A DNA stretch of 63,294 nucleotides, filler included, from Octopus bimaculoides (taxonomy: Eukaryota), in assembly GCF_001194135.2 (NCBI RefSeq). It is 5 parts of 5 records of this genome, joined end to end, with 100 filler letters (N's around TTAATTAATTAA, not from the genome) between each part and the next. Parts side by side here need not be neighbours in the genome. Positions count along the whole stretch, not along the records: positions 1 to 29,301 come from NC_068987.1; positions 29,402 to 45,211 come from NC_069000.1; 3 more parts are not named here. The stretch is one strand, 5' to 3'. Shown here one piece after another: positions 25,567 through 37,593 of this stretch (positions are counted from its first letter, which is position 1; every line of letters begins with the position of its first letter). The notes beneath the pieces are model-generated. The model did not search any database and was not told the origin of the DNA. It worked only from the letters and a program-made list of their open reading frames with translations. Both the position numbers and the translations under genes were made by a program.

Positions 25567-25948
25567 AAAATATTTCTGGTGGATTTCATAATTACTCGAT
25601 ATAATAATACCTTTTGGAACCTAGCAGGATCTTTGACTTTAGTGTAGCAAATTTTTATGCTGAGAATAGAGCAGTGACTAGTCTATGTACCTTCACTTTT
25701 GATGTTATATGCCCTATACGATGCTATAAGGCAACGATTTCTAACTGTTGCATATATAACATTCTTATACAAAATAGTTGTGATTATTACGTGTGGTTAA
25801 GAAAAGCTTACTTAACAGGAACAGAAAATTGTTGGCTGTTTTGAGAGTTAGGTTGTGTGGCTATATATATATATTGAGTATTGAGCGTTAGGCTGTGTGG
25901 TTTTACATATATGTGCGTGTATGAATATATATAACTATATATATATAT

Positions 25949-26017
<69 letters not shown>

Positions 26018-26931
26018 TAAATATACACGGATACATATTGTGTCTACCGGTGTATAGATGAGTGTGCATTAAGCAACAATTTATCTGTTCTTTCTGAAGA
26101 CTTTCAATATCTATGCACATAGACACAAACAAACAGGCACATGCATATATTTCAAAATATATTTAAAAACACGATTGTTTCTCGTTTTGTTTTTTGTTTA
26201 TTGGTTCTTGTATTTTTTTCAAGTTATCTTATATTTTCATGATGATTTCTTGCAGTTTGACGTTCCTATTATACACTTACAACGAGGTGAATTAGAAAAT
26301 CTCTACAAAATACAAAAATAAAAGAAAACTATAGAGTAAAATATTAACAAACAACACAATTATCATTTTATCCTACACAGAATTCCTTACAAAATAAGCG
26401 ATTAATAACTGAAATAAGTAATGTTAATGGTATACAAGAATGAGAAAATAAACTCACAGATAGCATAAGCTAAGTGTAAGCAAATCAAAAACGAAAAGAA
26501 ATACTTCCTAGCTGGTGAGATAAAATCCCAAATGTCGAAAGCTCAAATTCCGCCGGAAATGTCAGCACCAATTATGATGGCTGCTCTAATATGATGTGAC
26601 AGCACCTAGGGAAAAACATGACGGATTTCACTTTAAAAATGTGACTGTAAAACTGCAAGGTACTCATGCAAAAATATGAGAAACCCGTAAGAGAAAGCTG
26701 AAATCGCAACACAGTCGTATTTATAAAACAAGTTGAAAAGAAAAGCTGTTTAAATATACAATTATGTATGTGTGTATGTTGCAGTCTGACTCTCTGTGTG
26801 TACACGATTTGTATAGAGACCATGACAAGCAGCTTCGTTACTCAGTGACTATATGTATTGTGTTCTCTCTTCTCCCTTATAATTTATATCACATTATTAT
26901 GTTCGAGTGTTAATGGAAGTACGAGTAAGTG

Positions 26932-27016
<85 letters not shown>

Positions 27017-27072
27017 ACTGATTGATTGATTGATTGATTGCTTGATTGGTTGATTGATTGATTGATTGATTG
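26932..27072. repeat. (GATA)n-(GATT)n compound microsatellite
   Basis: Direct inspection. Confidence 0.95.
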
Positions 27073-27829
27073 ATACAAAATTTGATCTAAATATGACAGA
27101 TCTGTTACTCATTTACCGTCACAACTGAACCCTAAATATAACAAAAATTCCATTATCAAACCAAAATAGCAATCTTCACCATGCCTTTCTCTTAACTCAC
27201 AGGCTGCAAAACATACTTTTGACCTACCCTCTCACTTCTTTCTTTTCTACACAGCCACTTCACTTGTCTGTTTACTGCTTTTTATATTGTAGTCAGGCGG
27301 AAGGCAGAACCCACCACCTGTTACAGTGAGTCCAAGTATAAAGGGAGGAAAGGAAGAAATTATTCTCAAGCCCAAAACCTGATCCGTGTAATTACAAGAG
27401 TATGAACTGTGGTAAAGGTACGCAAAGAAAAGGCCTCTGGTGGTGCTAGTGTTAAACCAGTCCATGAGCCAAGTTTACCATGCAAGAACGCCATGGTGGG
27501 ATATGAACACAGAAGGCAAGATCTGGAAAAAATATCGCAAAGAATCCGTTTTGATGTCCTTATAGTTCCGCCAATGCATTGTCCTTAGATAGATACGTTT
27601 TTGTAGACCCTGAGAGGTTGACAAAATAGGTTTTTGCTGGATTTGAATTATGAGCTGGGATTGAGAACGAATACCACGAAGCATTACGTCAAATGTTTTA
27701 ACGACTCTGTTTTGGTCTAGATCATTGGTTTTCTTCCTGAAAGCAACTCTTGAACTACTGAGCAGCATCAGGAACAACCCCACTTCCCCAAACCAAGTAG
27801 AGCATTACATCTAGCAATAGAGTATATAT

Positions 27830-27962
27830 TCCTTTCTACTATAGGCATAAGGTCTGAAATTTCGCCAATCGATTACTTTAACCCCAATGCTCAGCTGGTA
27901 TTTATTTCAAAGACCTCAAAAAGAATGAAAGGCAAAGCCGATCTCGATGGAATTTGAACGAG
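27830..27962 (-). mobile_element. SINE family A, partial
   Basis: AAAAGAATGAAAGGCAAAGCCGATCTCGATGGAATTTGAAC. Confidence 0.7.
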
Positions 27963-28099
27963 ACCGAGAAAGAAGCATTCACAGCGAGGCTCACAATCTT
28001 TCCAATAACGAACTCTCAGTTCGTAAAAGAAGAAAGTACAGTTCATTCCATTATTGAAACAATTGTCCATGGACACTTAATCACCTCACTCTGCCTTTT

Positions 28100-28310
28100 A
28101 TGCTACTAAAGCTACATTCTCTTCTTGAAACTAGCTACTTGCATATCTCCGCCATATCTATCGATCACACCTTTCGCTCCGTTTCCTTTCTCTCTTCGCC
28201 CATAATGTAAATACAGCTCTTGGCGACCCAACAATTAAATACGCTCTCCTTCCTCGAGCCTAATACTGCCGAACTAGAACATCAGAATTCCTGTTACTGA
28301 CCAGGTATTT
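28100..28310. promoter_or_regulatory. CpG-retaining unique block; candidate (bidirectional) promoter / first exons
   Basis: Several CpGs at the edge of the CpG-poor domain; plus donor CCAG|gtattt at 28305; minus-strand ATGGCG and GTGAGG donor-like sites. Confidence 0.25.
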
Positions 28311-28748
28311 TTCTGCAAACGTTGAGTATTAGATATTTCAAACGAAATAACATATTCAGTCTAACCAGTTTCGAAATACCTTCAGCACATGGCCACCTCT
28401 ACCTCTTTCACTTGAATAAATCAGACAATATATAAATATATATATAAAGATATTAAAGAAAACCAAGATCAAATATAATGAAAAATGAGATGAAGGAATC
28501 GTACATCATATATATTCCTACTCAATGTTCATTTACTCTTCTTAGCTACAGTAGTTACTGAGATAATTAATCATAGCAAAATCAGATTATATATATATAC
28601 ATATGTGTAGTGTGTGACCGCGTGTATGTATATGTATACATATGCATGTCTATAGTATGTATGTAACTGTGTATATACGTATAAAAGTAGAAGATATAGA
28701 TAAATTAATTGATAGATACATAGAAAGATAAATAAAAAAGATAAATAA

Positions 28749-28785
<37 letters not shown>

Positions 28786-28813
28786 TAGATAGATAGATAG
28801 ATAGATAGATAGT

Positions 28814-28877
<64 letters not shown>

Positions 28878-28999
28878 AATAAACACCCAATCAGACAAAC
28901 AGATAAATCGATAGACAGAGTGAGAGAGTTAGACAGACAGATAGGCATAGACAATCAGACAGACAGACAGACAGATATATAGATAGATAGATAGATACA

Positions 29000-29301
29000 T
29001 TTCTTTTATTAGCCACACAGGGCTCAACGAAGATGAGACAAATACAATGTAGAGCTTTTCTTTTTGGGAGGGGGAAGGAAGGAAAAAAAAAAAAAAAAAT
29101 TGGTGGTGTCAATCAAAAGGGAAAAAGGGGCAGTTCGATCAAAAGGGATCGAAAAAAAAAGAAAAGGAAAGGCCGATCAATAGGGATCATGTATCACACA
29201 GTAATGTTCTCGTGTAAAAAGAGGGGAGGACAGTTTAGGTTTAGCCGTGGAAGGAAAAGCCCACGGAAAAGACCACGGTAACCTTGGTCAATATTCTCAT
29301 T
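29000..29301 (-). mobile_element. LINE (Tx1-like?) 3' UTR
   Basis: Reverse complement ends AGCCCTGTGTGGCTAATAAAAGAAA next to a (GATA)n array; internal GATCAAAAGGGATC repeats. Confidence 0.5.
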
Positions 29302-30010
29302 NNNNNNNNNNNNNNNNNNNNNNNNNNNNNNNNNNNNNNNNNNNNTTAATTAATTAANNNNNNNNNNNNNNNNNNNNNNNNNNNNNNNNNNNNNNNNNNN
29401 NAAAGCGGACGTTAAACGATGATGATGATGATGATGATATATATATATCGTTTGTGAAAAACATAAGTCCGAAAGAAAAAGCACACTCTAAGATGTAGAG
29501 CAGTAAGAGGTCTTGGCCAAAAGGTTTTTGGGATCTGACGATACACCATAAAGCTAAACCTTTTATGGACAGGAAACCTAAGGTAATCCCATGGAGTGCT
29601 TGGCGTGAGATTTAGTTGTGATGATGTAAATGCTCCCTTGCTGTTTAGTCCCGTAGTTGCTCCAATCCAGTCATCCAGCAGTCTATGATGAAAGACACTC
29701 CAATTATGACCAGCTTTACTATATGTATATCAGAAACTACAGTGTCCAACATTTCCTGCATTTTTTGTTTTTGTTTTTGTATAAGACTGAGATTCAGCTG
29801 ATATTTTTTCATATAGGTTGAGAAATCTTATTGTAGTCCTTTCATTGGTTCATGCCTTTACATTACTATTGTAACTGTAGTGAAATAAATCCCACCAGCA
29901 CCACCATCATCATCATTTATTCCAGACATACTTCTTCATGACTGACATTCATTCAGTCTGTAGTGACATACATACTGACTCACAAAACAAACTACCAATT
30001 TATATCTTAG

Positions 30011-30111
30011 CCATGAGAAGTCCTTGGTCCAGGGTATAACCATTAATTATTTTATTGGTAACAGACAGATTACAATTCCTTGGAGTTCTGTCTTTTATTC
30101 ATTGACAATAG
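30011..30111 (+). CDS. Candidate 101-nt exon (phase 2-1; HEKSLVQGITINYFIGNRQITIPWSSVFYSLTI)
   Basis: Acceptor atttatatcttag, donor TAG|gtatgt; open frame in phase with the 33953 exon. Confidence 0.25.
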
Positions 30112-30149
30112 GTATGTGATACTGTAACGACCATCTCGAGGTCCAACCC

Positions 30150-30345
30150 TTAGTATGGTGTGGTGTGGTAGCTTTTATGCCTTGATGACCCTGACAGCTT
30201 TGGCAGCTGAGTGCAAGCTCTTGGGAGGGGCTCTCATGCTGGACAGGTCAAAGGATAAAGGCTAGACTGATATAGACCACTTCATCCCAGAGTTAAAAAT
30301 GGGTTTGTTTAAGGTCAACACCCCTACCTATAAAGAAAGCAGAGT
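30150..30345 (+). mobile_element. Possible RTE-type LINE 5' UTR remnant
   Basis: GCAAGCTCTTGGGAGGGGCTCTCATGCTGGACAGGTCAAAGG...CAACACCCCTACC resembles RTE 5' regions (from memory). Confidence 0.35.
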
Positions 30346-30360
30346 TTCAGAAGCATTTTT

Positions 30361-30938
30361 TCTTTTACTTGTTTCAGTTATTTGACTGTGGCCATGCTGG
30401 AGAACAACGTTAAAAGGGTTTTTAGTCAAACTGCTAAGTTATGGGGACGTAACCACACCAGCATCAGTTGTCAAGCAATGATGAGGGGATAAACATACAC
30501 ACACACACACACACACTAATATATATGACAGGCTTCTTTCAGTTTCTGTTTACCAAATCCACTCACAAGCCTTTGATAGGCCCAAGGCTATAGTAGAAGA
30601 CACTTGCCCAAGGTGCCATGCAGAGGGACTGAACCTGGAACCAAGCTTCTTACTACACAGCCACACCTCCACTTATTGTTGACAATCCAAAACCAACAAG
30701 ACTTGGGAGAGGAAGGCCCTCCCTCAAGACAAAGAAGGTACAAGCACACACACACGCACATGCACACACTCAAGGAAGGGCTTGATTTAGTGACCATCTA
30801 CCAAATCAAACTGACAAGACTTTGGTCAGCTCAGGGCTATAGTAGAAGACACTCGCCCAAAATGCCATGTAATAGCATTGAACCTAAAACCATGTTGTTT
30901 AGAAGCAAATTTTTTTAACCACACAGCTACAACTACAC
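30361..30938 (-). mobile_element. Two SINE family C copies (30361-30672 and 30780-30938)
   Basis: GTAGAAGACACTTGCCCAAGG core present twice. Confidence 0.85.
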
Positions 30939-32221
30939 CTATTAGTATATGTATTTAAAATAATCACTGAAGTTACTCAGCAATACCATCTCCATTGCTT
31001 GTTTGAAGAAGTTTAATAAGACCGAAACAGTTTGGAGTTGTCTTCCATAGTTGCTGAAATGATTAAAATATTTGTCATTACGTCAATAATAATCTTTCTT
31101 TCTTTCATTGCATAATTATTTTCAGTTGTTTTTTTTTATGTTCATTACATTAAATATATTAACACTGACTTGGCTATATACTGTAATAGTATTGTTAGTG
31201 GGACAGGATTTGGTAACTTGATCCGTTTGGAGATAAAAATAAAGTCCTGATATCTTCAAAGACTGTGAAATAGAGTTCCCTTTTCTTTATTTCTGACACA
31301 CATTAACTGAAGCTCTAAAGAGAAATGAATTAACATTAGTATTTTAAAATGCAATTACTTAAATATGTGTAAAAAAAAAAAACCAAACTATTTCAAGAAC
31401 ATATATTTAATTAATTTTCAATATAATCATGATTTTAGAGGGCTTTAGTAAAATATCTGTAACTTTATATATTGGTATGTATTAGTGACAGTTTTCCCAC
31501 TTCTGTAGCTCAATACTTCCTGTTACTGAATGGTGTTTTACAAACATCCGCTTGATAAGTTTTATGATGAACCTCACCCCCCACCCCAGCAGATTGTAAA
31601 TTATTTTTATGAAACAGAAGTTAGTTTTGTGCAGTGAATGGTTTATATTCATAGTTTCTTATATTATTCCACCCAGTATGTGCCTCTTTTTAATATCTCT
31701 GTGGACAAGCCCCTTTGTATTAAATTTCTATGGAAATTATTAAAGAAGTTGAGCCCTTTTATATAAAAGAATTCTGTTGGACCTTGGGGCATCAGCAGTC
31801 ATGTTTTCTGCTCACTGATAAGACAATGTTCAATTTTGTTCTAATCCTGACAAAAGTCATTACGCCAGATCATACATTCAAAATAAATGGAAGTGGAGAG
31901 ACAAGTTACTGAAGAGATTGCAAGAGTGCAATGAAATAATTTAACAAAAAACTATATAAATTAATAAAGGACTGAACCAGTGTGTGTGTTTATTACCAGC
32001 ATAATGCCTCTCCCAAGGTTTAATTGTATTTCTTTCAACACACGTATCCACATCAAGAATCTTGCACACGAAATACACATACGAAACCTGACAAAAGCTT
32101 TTATGAAAATGTTTTTAAAATATATGGTTAGTCCATATTTACTCCCTAAGGAGCAAAGGGCCAGTTTCCCAGTCCCTGTGACATATATTCTTTACCTTTT
32201 TTACTTGCTTCAGTCATTTGA

Positions 32222-32614
32222 CTGTGGCCATGCTGGAGCACCACTCTAAAGGGCTTTTTTTAGTTGAAGAAATTGACCCCAGGACTTATTCTTTATAAGC
32301 CTAGTACTTATTCTATCAGTCCCAACCATCTTTAAAAAACAGAAAATCACACCCAACCATCTTTAAAAACAGAAATCCTTCCACATCCTAACCACCAAAA
32401 GCAAGAGTAAAACCATTCTGTGGCTATGCTGGAGCACCACTCTAAAGGGCTTTTTTTAGTTGAAGAAATTGACCCCAGAACTTATTCTTTGTAAGCCTAG
32501 TACTTATTCTATCAGTCCCAACCATCTTTAAAAACAGAAAATCACACCCAACCATCTTTAAAAACAGAAATCCTTCCACATCCTAACCACCAAAAGCAAG
32601 AGTAAAACCATTCT
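32222..32614. repeat. Near-perfect 196-bp tandem duplication (SINE C 3' part plus flank)
   Basis: Units start at 32222 and 32418; each has an internal CCCAACCATCTTTAAAAACAGAAA duplication. Confidence 0.9.
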
Positions 32615-33228
32615 TTAAATCCCTTGCTTTCAACATATTACAAATATAATCACAAACTCCTGCATAACAACACCATTTATTGATCGAATTGGTATATTGA
32701 TTCAAAGCATGAAGAATATGCTAAATATATGGCAAAATTCCCAAGATCATAACCTCAATATTGGGTAAAACTTCTCTCGTTCACTCTCTTGAATCGCTCA
32801 GTATTTCTCTATTTCTCTCTAAATGCAACCTCTTATGTCAATAGTATTACAATTACATCCTCTTCCAGCTTCATTGGTTTAATATATATTTCTCAGAAAT
32901 TTCCACTTGATTCTCTCATACAGAAATCATGCAACAAATTGACCTAATTATTATGATTGCCTTGTATAATAGGACATAAGAAGGCTATGGTCCCTACCAT
33001 TATCTTTTGTACAGACAGTTAAAATTTAAAGAAATCCTGCTTATGGCATTGCAAGGCGTTGTCATTTTCTTTCCCTGTCTTTTTTGCCAAGGAACATAAC
33101 TGTGCTTCTGAAGCACATCTAAAAACACCTGTATTTTCAGTTGCAATCACAAAATTAGTCTAAGAGCTAAATTTCTACTCTAAGTATGTACGTTATACAA
33201 ACACTTGATTTCTCACAAAACATGCACA

Positions 33229-33271
<43 letters not shown>

Positions 33272-33281
33272 NNNNNNNNNN

Positions 33282-33417
33282 ATCCACTCACAAGGCTTTG
33301 GTCGGCCCAAGGCTATAGTAGAAGACACCTGGCCAGGGTGCCACGCAGTGGGACTGAACCCGGAACCATGTGGTTTGGTTGGTAAGCAAGCTACTTACCA
33401 CACAGCCACTCCTGCGA
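33282..33417 (-). mobile_element. SINE family C head
   Basis: Reverse complement of the 43324 head. Confidence 0.9.
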
Positions 33418-33952
33418 CTATGTATGTGTGTGTATGTTTTAATAAACTAGCTTGGCAATAGGACAAGAGGGACAAAAGCAGGCTGAGTACTGAGATGTTC
33501 AGAAGCCACACTGTTGTCAAACAGATTACTAGGCTTCATTTGTGACATATTTCTTCGTTTGAAAGCCATTTGAAGGAAACGATCTGATTACAAAAAGTCA
33601 AGTAATTCACAGTTTATCGCAGTTTTGTTTTTATAAGTAAATATTGATTGATTTTAATGTCATCCACCATTTTCTTAATCCGTCACCTATTTTTCACTGT
33701 CTTTTCTCATCACCTATGTTTGTTTCTTTTTTCTTTTCATTCTTCTCATTCTGCTTTCAATTGTCTGTGTTTCTAATTGACTCTTCTTCTCCCTATTTTC
33801 TTCTTCTCTCATTTTTCTTCTTCTGCTTATTTTCTCACCTTCTTTCCATGCTAGGAATGGTGACATTTTGTTTTCTTTTTTTTTATTAATTTTTTTTTGT
33901 GTTTTTTTTCCTTCTGTTTCTATTTTTCTACGTATGGCATGTTGGTTAACAG

Positions 33953-34002
33953 AATACCAGGCTTTCATGGAAAAGGTCAAGAAGCTTGATAAATCTGAAT
34001 GA
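33953..34002 (+). CDS. Candidate terminal exon (xEYQAFMEKVKKLDKSE*)
   Basis: Preceded by a ~300-nt pyrimidine-rich tract and ttaacag; TGA at 34000-34002; ATTAAA about 25 nt downstream. Confidence 0.35.
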
Positions 34003-34081
34003 CATCATTTATTGATTGTGTATATAAAATTAAAAAAAAAAAGTATATTTATCCTTAGATAAATACGTATCTTTATCTTTT

Positions 34082-34750
34082 ACCTTTCATTTTCCTTGTT
34101 TTAGTCACTGAACTGCGGCCANNNNNNNNNNNNNNNNNNNNNNNNNNNNNNNNNNNNNNNNNNNNNNNNNNNNNNNNNNNNNNNNNNNNNNNNNNNNNNN
34201 NNNNNNNNNNNNNNNNNNNNNNNNNNNNNNNNNNNNNNNNNNNNNNNNNNNNNNNNNNNNNNNNNNNNNNNNNNNNNNNNNNNNNNNNNNNNNNNNNNNN
34301 NNNNNNNNNNNNNNNNNNNNNNNNNNNNNNNNNNNNNNNNNNNNNNNNNNNNNNNNNNNNNNNNNNNNNNNNNNNNNNNNNNNNNNNNNNNNNNNNNNNN
34401 NNNNNNNNNNNNNNNNNNNNNNNNNNNNNNNNNNNNNNNNNNNNNNNNNNNNNNNNNNNNNNNNNNNNNNNNNNNNNNNNNNNNNNNNNNNNNNNNNNNN
34501 NNNNNNNNNNNNNNNNNNNNNNNNNNNNNNNNNNNNNNNNNNNNNNNNNGGGGGGGTAGGCACAGAGACACACACATGTGCAAATACATATACAATGGGC
34601 TTCTTTTACTTTTTGCCTGCCAAATCCATCCACAAGTCTTTGGTCTACCCAAGGCTGTAGTATAAGATACTTTCCCACAGTGCTGCACAGTGGGACTGAA
34701 CCCAAGACCATAAGGTTGGGAAGCAAGCTTCTTAACTGCACAGCCATGCC
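34082..34750 (-). mobile_element. SINE family C spanning an N gap
   Basis: Tail at 34082-34121 and head at 34550-34750. Confidence 0.8.
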
Positions 34751-35232
34751 TTCACCCATGGATTTCAATTTGAGAAAGTCAATGTAATTTACTAAGATGA
34801 GAAAACAAAGTGGACCTGAGCAGGATTTGAACTTACGACATAAAAGGTATGCTGTTTGAAGCATATTCTGCTATACACTTGCAATGAATGTATAACTTAG
34901 ATACATTAAAGCAAACATATCTAATTCATTTTTAGTGGTTGAACTTGAAGCAGATAAAGCTATAAATAACAGTACCTAAATACTGGGTTAAAAAAACTTT
35001 CAGATGGAAAAAGTTGAGGATTGCTCATGGAATTTGAATCCCCATGTGTAAACTCAACAAATGTTCTACCACTGGACCAAACCAATTCTTCAAATTTCTC
35101 CATCTCTTTTAGAAACTTTGTTCTCACCAACAAGAATTGCATGTTGTTTATGTTAAAAAAACATTTAAATTTATATATTTTGCTTTCGTTTCTATTTTGA
35201 TTTTGATATACAAGAGTGTTATTTTATTATTA

Positions 35233-35325
35233 ACTAGCAGAAATACCCGGCGTTGCCCGGGTTAAAGAGAATAATGAAATCTAAAAATGCCGTCTAGACT
35301 ATGCATCATCTTTATATATAGAGAT
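35233..35325 (+). mobile_element. Short HINE/DINE-1-like (Helentron/Helitron-associated) element
   Basis: Starts ACTAGCAGAAATACCCGGCGTTGCCCGGG (hairpin) and ends TTTATATATAGAGAT. Confidence 0.55.
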
Positions 35326-36519
35326 GTATATACACACACGCACCCAAACACACGTATATATATGTATATCAATATAAATATATGAAAGTCAATGAAGTTT
35401 CGTAAAAGAAGGTGATCATGTACATACTTTCTTGCTGTTGTGATTATAACACCTCATTGTAAACTATGTTCCTTGTTTTCCCTTGTGGAGCATATACAAA
35501 TAGGTTTTTTTGTTGCTGCCCACTCTTGAGCAGCCAACATACAGTTGTCCATGTGAGAAGCAGGGCTCTTCCAAGAGAAGACCAGCTACANNNNNNNNNN
35601 NNNNNNNNNNNNNNNNNNNNNNNNNNNNNNNNNNNNNNNNNNNNNNNNNNNNNNNNNNNNNNNNNNNNNNNNNNNNNNNNNNNNNNNNNNNNNNNNNNNN
35701 NNNNNNNNNNNNNNNNNNNNNNNNNNNNNNNNNNNNNNNNNNNNNNNNNNNNNNNNNNNNNNNNNNNNNNNNNNNNNNNNNNNNNNNNNNNNNNNNNNNN
35801 NNNNNNNNNNNNNNNNNNNNNNNNNNNNNNNNNNNNNNNNNNNNNNNNNNNNNNNNNNNNNNNNNNNNNNNNNNNNNNNNNNNNNNNNNNNNNNNNNNNN
35901 NNNNNNNNNNNNNNNNNNNNNNNNNNNNNNNNNNNNNNNNNNNNNNNNNNNNNNNNNNNNNNNNNNNNNNNNNNNNNNNNNNNNNNNNNNNNNNNNNNNN
36001 NNNNNNNNNNNNNNNNNNNNNNNNNNNNNNNNNNNNNNNNNNNNNNNNNNNNNNNNNNNNNNNNNNNNNNNNNNNNNNNNNNNNNNNNNNNNNNNNNNNN
36101 NNNNNNNNNNNNNNNNNNNNNNNNNNNNNNNNNNNNNNNNNNNNNNNNNNNNNNNNNNNNNNNNNNNNNNNNNNNNNNNNNNNNNNNNNNNNNNNNNNNN
36201 NNNNNNNNNNNNNNNNNNNNNNNNNNNNNNNNNNNNNNNNNNNNNNNNNNNNNNNNNNNNNNNNNNNNNNNNNNNNNNNNNNNNNNNNNNNNNNNNNNNN
36301 NNNNNNNNNNNNNNNNNNNNNNNNNNNNNNNNNNNNNNNNNNNNNNNNNNNNNNNNNNNNNNNNNNNNNNNNNNNNNNNNNNNNNNNNNNNNNNNNNNNN
36401 NNNNNNNNNNNNNNNNNNNNNNNNNNNNNNNNNNNNNNNNNNNNNNNNNNNNNNNNNNNNNGTTAGTGGAATAGTTTCATTTTTAAAGTGAAAGTATTTG
36501 ACATGAGTGTTTTTGTTTC

Positions 36520-36691
36520 ACTTTTGACACGTAATACTTAAATAGTGGAGGAGATATTATGTTGCCGTGTGCTCGAACTCTGCAAGAAGTTAATAATTTT
36601 TTTTGACTAAAACACAACTGGAACCCTAAGTAAGGCATGTGTAAAATTTGAATGAAATTGGTTGCGTAGTTCTCGAGTTTTAGGGATTCAC

Positions 36692-36722
<31 letters not shown>

Positions 36723-36756
36723 CACATTCTCATTTTTATATATATAGAAGATAGAT
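36520..36756 (+). mobile_element. 3' end of a HINE/Helitron-like non-autonomous element
   Basis: AAATTTGAATGAAATTGGTTGCGTAGTTCTCGAG, (ACAG)n, then ATTCTCATTTTTATATATATAGAAGAT. Confidence 0.6.
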
Positions 36757-37567
36757 GCTGCTATGTTTCCAAAAACTTGGTCTTTTGATTCTGTTATACA
36801 CCATTCCTCATAAAAAATACATTAATTTCTTCCAGCCATTCTTTTAAGTGTACATAAGCCTCTTGGAGTAAAATCTCAGTCTTAATCTAGATTATATATA
36901 CACACATTGTAAATCAATTATTTAGCTTCTCATTCACTACTTGTTCGTTCGGTGGCTTGCTTTACATTCATTTTTCTATACTAGCATGCTAGCATACAAT
37001 AAGTATGGCTAACATACTTATTGAAGCATCACTTTATAGCCACATGCTCTTTCTGCAGCAATCCTTTAACTGCTTTTCAAGTAAAGGATTTTAAAAGCAC
37101 AGACCTACAGGATGATTTGTTGACAGGAAACATTAACATAATGTCACCATTTTTTCTGTTTCACATGAGGACGCAGAATGTAAAAAACAGACATTAAACA
37201 ATGATGATGATGATGATGACAACGATGAGGCTGATGATGGTGATGGTGAAGATATCAGGCTTGGTGTTCTACCATTTTGGCTATCTATGTGACCCTTGCT
37301 GAAAACAACAGAGTAAAAATTAAGGAGAAAAATAATCATTGTGTATTAATTTATTCACTGCAGTTTATTAAGGGAGTGACTTTAAATTACATATGGTCAG
37401 ACACACACACACACACACACGCACACACAAAGTAAAAAAAAAAATAAAGTTTTATTGGTTCAACATTACAGGAGTTTACAACAAACGAGAGCTGATATAA
37501 CACGTGCATATAAACTCTTCACCATTACTGTACACAAACTGACAACTGGTGCAGCGGGATCGGAATT

Positions 37568-37593
37568 TCAAGAAATTGGTCTCATCAAGTTTT
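37568..37593 (-). CDS. Putative terminal coding exon of the minus-strand gene (xENLMRPIS*; alternative frame runs to 37476)
   Basis: Very strong acceptor (about 20 T then ctag); AATAAA at 37456-37451. Confidence 0.55.

Noticed and set aside
27255-27292. Apparent signal-peptide exon TSLVCLLLFIL
   Set aside because: That frame hits TAG at 27290-27292.
29346-29357. TTAATTAATTAA palindrome flanked by Ns, also at 45256-45267, 52372-52383 and 60383-60394
   Set aside because: Each sits in the middle of a 100-base block (44 N + 12 + 44 N) and has stops in all six frames; it is an artificial scaffolding spacer, not biology. Distance and orientation across these joins are uncertain.
30034-30068. Intron splitting the 30011-30111 exon
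   Set aside because: Only 35 nt, implausibly short, and the unsplit exon is already open.
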